Source: an uncultured virus (IMG/VR IMGVR_UViG_3300027791_000011) (lineage: Duplodnaviria; Heunggongvirae; Uroviricota; Caudoviricetes). Taken from it: a stretch of DNA of 29,570 nt. The DNA lies in IMG/VR virus record IMGVR_UViG_3300027791_000011; one strand, written 5' to 3'. The notes under the pieces were generated by a model that was not told the origin of the DNA, did no database searches, and saw only the letters and a list, made by a program, of their open reading frames with translations. Shown here one piece after another: positions 21,301-27,300 of this stretch (its first letter is position 1; each line of letters begins with the position of its first letter). Position numbers and translations under genes: made by a program.

Positions 21301-24300
21301 CTAAATTAAGCCCTGCTTCTTTTCTATTAGTACTAACTTCATCTTGACCATTAAAAGCTTTTGATGCTTCTCCGTATCTAAAAGTTTTTAAATTTATTGG
21401 AATTCTAATTCCTGACATTAAATATCCTTGACTATCTTGTTCTACAAACCATTGTCGTAGTGAGTCTAAATTCCATTGAAACTTACCTCCCATAGAAAAT
21501 AACCCTTTACCCATTCTAACATTTTTACCATCTATTTTTTGCATGATGGCTAAGTTTGAATTAGCTTTAGCTAGTAAATGTATAGCGTGCTGCGCTCTTC
21601 CAGTTTGTTTTCTTACTTCTCCTTTGTACTCTACTTGAGTCTCATGTAAGTCATTAGCTTTAGCTCTTAACTGCTCAAGTATTTGTCCTTCCTCACTGTT
21701 AGGATCAATCTTTTGCGGCATTGAAAGCCATATTTGCTGCTTAATAGATGTCCAAGACTTCCCTTCGTATCTACTTTTTTTGTCTGAATTACCAGCTTCT
21801 GGGTAAAATTGGCTTTTCATAAATTCTCTAAACTCATTAGTACCCATTATAAGACCAGTCATATCTTGAATACGTTCAACTGTTTCAACAAACTCTTCAA
21901 TAGGAGCTAAATACATTTGATAATCTTCTTGTATTTGGCTAGAAATTTTTCTAGGCCTCATCTGAACAAACTGTTTTTTAGCCTTACCTTGCGTACCTTC
22001 TGTTTCAACATTGTCTAGCACTAAATAAGGAACTCCAGCTTTAACTTTGTACTGAGCTTGTTTAATATTATCTACATTATTTTTAATATCTGAATCAGTA
22101 TATACTCTGACTTTAGATTTAAGTAATGCACTACTGTTTGCTGGCCTTTGATAATCACTGTAGAAGTCTGAAATGAACTGAGATATCATATTTTCTACTA
22201 CATTTTTATTTTCAGTTACAAACTCTGATGCAGGAACCCTTGTATAAAACTTACGATCTTGATCTTCATATCCTGCATACTCATAGTTTAAACGCTGCCT
22301 TCCTCTTATATATACATCGTCTAATAATGCTATACCATCTATATCTCTAGATGTAGTCCCGTCAGGAGAAGCTAAGATCCCTCTAGCTACTGAATCAAAC
22401 TTAACAATACTTGCATTTTTATCAGCTAGAACTCTTTTTAATTCTGCTTTCTCTGTGTCTTTTAAGAAAGATATTTTATCTATCTCACCTTCTCCTAGCA
22501 CAGCTACTCTTTGATATAAACCTCTGGTTTGTTTATAGCTAACCTCAAACCCATTCATGTCTTTAGCTCTTGTAATTAACACAAGGCCTTCTACAATTTT
22601 CATTTTACCCTTAGCATCTTTCTTCTGAACTTTAGCTTTAACTATAAGTACTTTAGCTCCTTTACCATCTTCACTTCTAGCTGCTATATTGGCAATCTCT
22701 GTCCCTTCTATATTCTCTCCGTGCCATACAGGTAAGCCATTACTGTCTTTACTATAGTATCCCTTAACAGATGCGTATTCAGGAAATCTTAATAAATGAA
22801 ATTCATTATTATCTAAATGTTTTTGATTGTCACCTAATAGTAGTTCTTCACCTTCATATAAATCTTCAAAGTCTTGTTGTGTATGCTCAGACCATTCTTC
22901 TACTTCTTCTACAGTATTAGTAAAAGCCTCTATGTCTTGTTGATCTTCTTCACTTGCTTCTTCTACCTCATCTGTTAACTCTACCTCTTCTACTTTATCT
23001 ATTTTAGTTTCAATAGTTTCGTTTATACCTTCTTCTTCTAAATTAGTATCTTCTACCATGTCCTCCTCCTCTTTAGATAGAGCTCCTGGGTCAGAATAGT
23101 TTAATTCTTTACCGTGAGCTTTAACCCAATCTAGATTACCTTGTACTTCTGTTAAGTACTCTTTACCTCTTTCTATTAACTGCTCACTAGTTCTTCCACT
23201 AGCTAGCCCTAAATTAAGATCAGCATGATTTTTTATATCTAGATTACCTATCATTAAGAATCTTTCTGCTCTAGAAGAAGCAGTATAAATAGCTCTATTA
23301 TAAGATCTATTATCTTTAAAGTACTTTGGATCTTTAGGTAAATCTACATACACTTCAGATATACTCCTTCCTTGAGCTTCTGTTACTTCTAATACTTCAA
23401 CTCCTTCTATCATTGCTTCTTTTAACAATTCTTGATAGTGTTCTATGTTTTCAGGTAAAGTTATTATAGCTCTTGTCTTTTTATCTTCTGTTGTAGTTTC
23501 TCTAAGACGTCGTATTATATTTTCTTTTAATTTATGCTCACTAGTATTTGTACCCCAAACTCCAATTACTTCATCTGTTTTTCTAACTCCGTAAGGGTTA
23601 GTAGCATTCATCTTAACATCTATCTTACTACCAGCAACGTCGTGTGTCTTACCTCTAAATAGATCTTGAAAGTTTGTTATTGCAGCAACATCTGTTCTAT
23701 ACACTGTTGAGATAGGTGTAACAATTTCTACTGTCACCGCATCAATAGGAGCATATTGCCCACTGTAATCAGCTGTAATTTGATTAGGGTCTCCAGTAAC
23801 TACAACTTTAAGTATATTATCTTTAGATCTTTCTGAGTTTATTTTAGCAACAGCCTGCCCTAAATTTTCTAGCGTTATGTCATCTATACCTGCAACCTCA
23901 TCTATCATTAGTAATTTGATATCGTCACTTACTCCATTGTTAGTTGCTAGGTCTAAAAACATAGGTATAGTAAAAGGCTTTTCTTTACCTAATGCTGAAG
24001 CAAGTGTTTCTGATGAATGGTCATTATGACCAATAGCTAATACATCTTCTAGTCCTATTCCTGAAGTGCTTAACATCCAAGGTAATATAACTTTAGTTTT
24101 TCCTGTACCTGCAGGAGACTTTAGATATACCCAAGCAGAGTATAAATTGTCTTCACTTATTTTAGGAGTGCTTTTTATAAACTGTACTAAATTTCTTATA
24201 GCTATTACTTGTTGCTTTGAAGGGTATGCTCCTTGCGGGGCATTTTGAGAAGTAGCAAACTCACTAGCTATTTGAGCATCTATTCTAAAATCAGAATTTA

Positions 24301-27300
24301 TATATTCATAGACTCCCATCTTTCCTTCTAAACTTATTTGATCTTGTATTAAACCTACTAACTCATCCTTAGTAAGAGTTTTATCTTCTGGTCTTTCTTC
24401 TGCTTTTTGTACATCTCTTAAAAACTTATGTAAATTTTTATGAACTGTAAACTCTTGGTAAGCTCCTTGATCGTCTAACCCTGTAGCAGAGTCATTGACG
24501 TCCATTAAAAGATTAAGTATAAAAGAAAATTGATTTCTAGGAGCAGCCATGTATTCATCTATGTTAGGCTGTATACTTTTTTCAGTTCGTCCTGTTATTT
24601 TTAATACTCTTTTTAAAGCTTCGTTTTTAATTATAGCTTTCTTTTGTGCGTCAATATCTTTTTTTAGTGAAGATATATTTGTGTCTATTTTAGATTCAAG
24701 TGCCATCTGTATTAGCAATAAAGCTGCAGCATGCTTGTCAGAAAGTTTACCAGATTTTATATCTTCCCTCCATTTAATTACATTCTCAGATCCAATTGCT
24801 CTTTCTACATCTTCAGCCATTTGAGTCTTAGCTTCTAAGTTCTCGAAGTCAAAACCTATTACATCCATTAAAGAATTAAAGACATCATTTTCATATATAT
24901 ATTGTTCTCTAGTTCTGTCATTAACTCTGTCTGTTACAACTGTAAGGTACTCTTCTAGCTTATCTATGTTTGTGTCTATTTGTGTTAGCAGCTCATCAGT
25001 AATCCACGGGTTCTGCTCTCTATCTCTTAAAGTAAAAATATTTTTTAATTTCTTTAAACCTTTAAGAGCTCTTTCTACTATATTCTGATCTGAAAAAGTT
25101 TCATTAGCTTCTACATTAGATTGTATATATTCTAAATTGTCAAATATAAATTGATCTGCAACCATTTTTTTATATTGATCATCTGTAAGTTCTCCAAACT
25201 CTGAATCATCCATTAAGAATTGAGAATAGCCACCATCGTTATCTCTTCTATTTCTAAACTTTTTAATTAACTCAGAAGTTTTTTGCGCATCATTAGTAGC
25301 TTCTTGCTGTCCGTCTATAGCTTCTTGAAGTTTATTTATTTGAAAACTTTTCTCTGCTTCATTAGCCAGTGTAGCAAGTTCTTTCTCTTGTTCTCCTGTA
25401 ATACTGCCCTCTTCTTTAAATTTTCTTAATGTCTTTAATCTTTCTACTTTTTCGGTAGTCATCTTATCAGCTCCTAACATAAATTTTTGGCCCTGAGCCT
25501 CTTGTAAAGAAGCTTGCATTTGTTTAGAGTAATGATGGTAGTATCGCTGTAATTTACTAACTTCGTCTAAAGTTATATTATCTATCTTAATGTTTCTATC
25601 TAACATCTCTTCAAGTATAGTGCCTAAATTACCTCTAGGGTTCTCTGTCATTAATTGAGATATAGTAGATGCGTTAAATAAAGCAAGACTTCTTTTTAAT
25701 TTTTGTTGTTTACGGAGCCTTTTAACTTCAGAAGTTTCTACAATCATTTCATATTGCTCCATCTCTGCCTCTTGCTTTAAAGCTTTTAATTCAGACTCTC
25801 CTTCTGGAGTAAGTTTACCTTCTGTTTTTAATCTTTCAAGGCCTGCAATCTCAAACATTATTCCTGACACTAGTTCTGGATTTCCTTCTGAGTCTACTTC
25901 ATACTTGTTAAGAGCTTCATATCTTTTTCTATTTACAGTTTGAATACCGTGAGCTCCCATAGTTAACATATTTTTATCTCCTATAAGGTCTATACTTTCT
26001 AATTGTAAGCTTTTTAATTCTTGTTCTGATTCTTTTATTTTTAAATCAAAAGGAGTTTCACCTAACCCTTTTTCTTGTAGTGTGTTTCTAACTTGGTCTT
26101 TTTCTTCCTGAGACATAAAGTCGCTTTCTAGCCAAGACTCTGATTGCTCTTCTTGGTTTTCTAGCCACGATTGTTTATCATCATTTAAAGTTGTTAAAGA
26201 TTTTTTTAACCTAGCAACCTGCATAGCATTTTGAAACAATTCAAATTGTTCCATTTCATTTAAAGGTTTAACGCCTCCTAATGATTTAGCAATGCTCTTC
26301 CTGCCACTCATACCTAGTTGGTCTTGCATTTCTGAAGTATAAATACTTTCTCCAAAACGCTTCTGACCTGCCCACATATCATACTGCTCTTTAGCATCTG
26401 ATATTAAATCAATAGACTGTTCTGCTTCTTGCTCAGTCATAAGACCTTCTTTAGCAGATTTATATATAGCTGACAGTAAATGTTTAACAGTACCATTTTT
26501 AAAGTGTTTAAACATATCAGCTGCTTTAACTTTAGTATCTATTTCAGCATCAAACGCTTCTCCATCTTTACCTAATGATGTAACTGCTTGTCTAAATCTA
26601 TTATAATCCATTATCCCTCTACCTAACCTTGGACCAGCAACCATCATAGTACCCATATCTCTACCTGATTGCACAGCTTCTTTAAAAGCATGATTATTAT
26701 ATATATCAGGATTAGCTCCTACCATATCATGCATACTGTGCGGCATCATAGCTTTAGCTACTTCCTTACCATCACTCCAAAAATCTCCAGCTAAATCCAT
26801 TACTCCATGATTTGAAGAGTATCCACTAAGAAAATCATTACTCCATTTCCATTGTTGACCTTCTTCCCACCCTTCCATTTGTCTGTTCATGTTAACAAAC
26901 GTACCGTATCTAGCGGCATTGATTCCCATTCTACCAGGGTAGGTTGCATTCAATCTAGCATAAGCTCCCTTATTAACAAAGTTCCTTCCAAACGCTGTTC
27001 TACTAAATCCTTTAAGAGCAAACCAAGTTAGAGCAAATTGTGCCATATCGTTACCAACAAGCATTCTATTTTTAATACGCATGTCTCTCATGCCATCCAT
27101 AGAAGCTACACGTATTTCTCTTTTCTCTTCATCATTTAAAAGCCTGCCTAGTTTATCTTGTTCTCTAGCTATTTCAGCATCTACTTTTCTCCAGTAAGAT
27201 TCTCCAAGCTCCATACTTCCTTCAGCCTCTCTACTGTACGCTAGCCCTGATCCTATAGCTCCCAATTGAGCTGTCTTTGTAAGCAGTCTTCCTGTTACGG

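Noticed and set aside
11546..24824. Short plus-strand ORFs (60-91 aa) antisense to the giant ORF
   Set aside because: Typical antisense shadow frames rich in Ser/Phe/Leu/Ile, mostly with non-ATG starts and no independent support.
26120..26180. Short tandem peptide duplication (QSWLE...ESWLE)
   Set aside because: Only two short degenerate copies within coding sequence; not an array.
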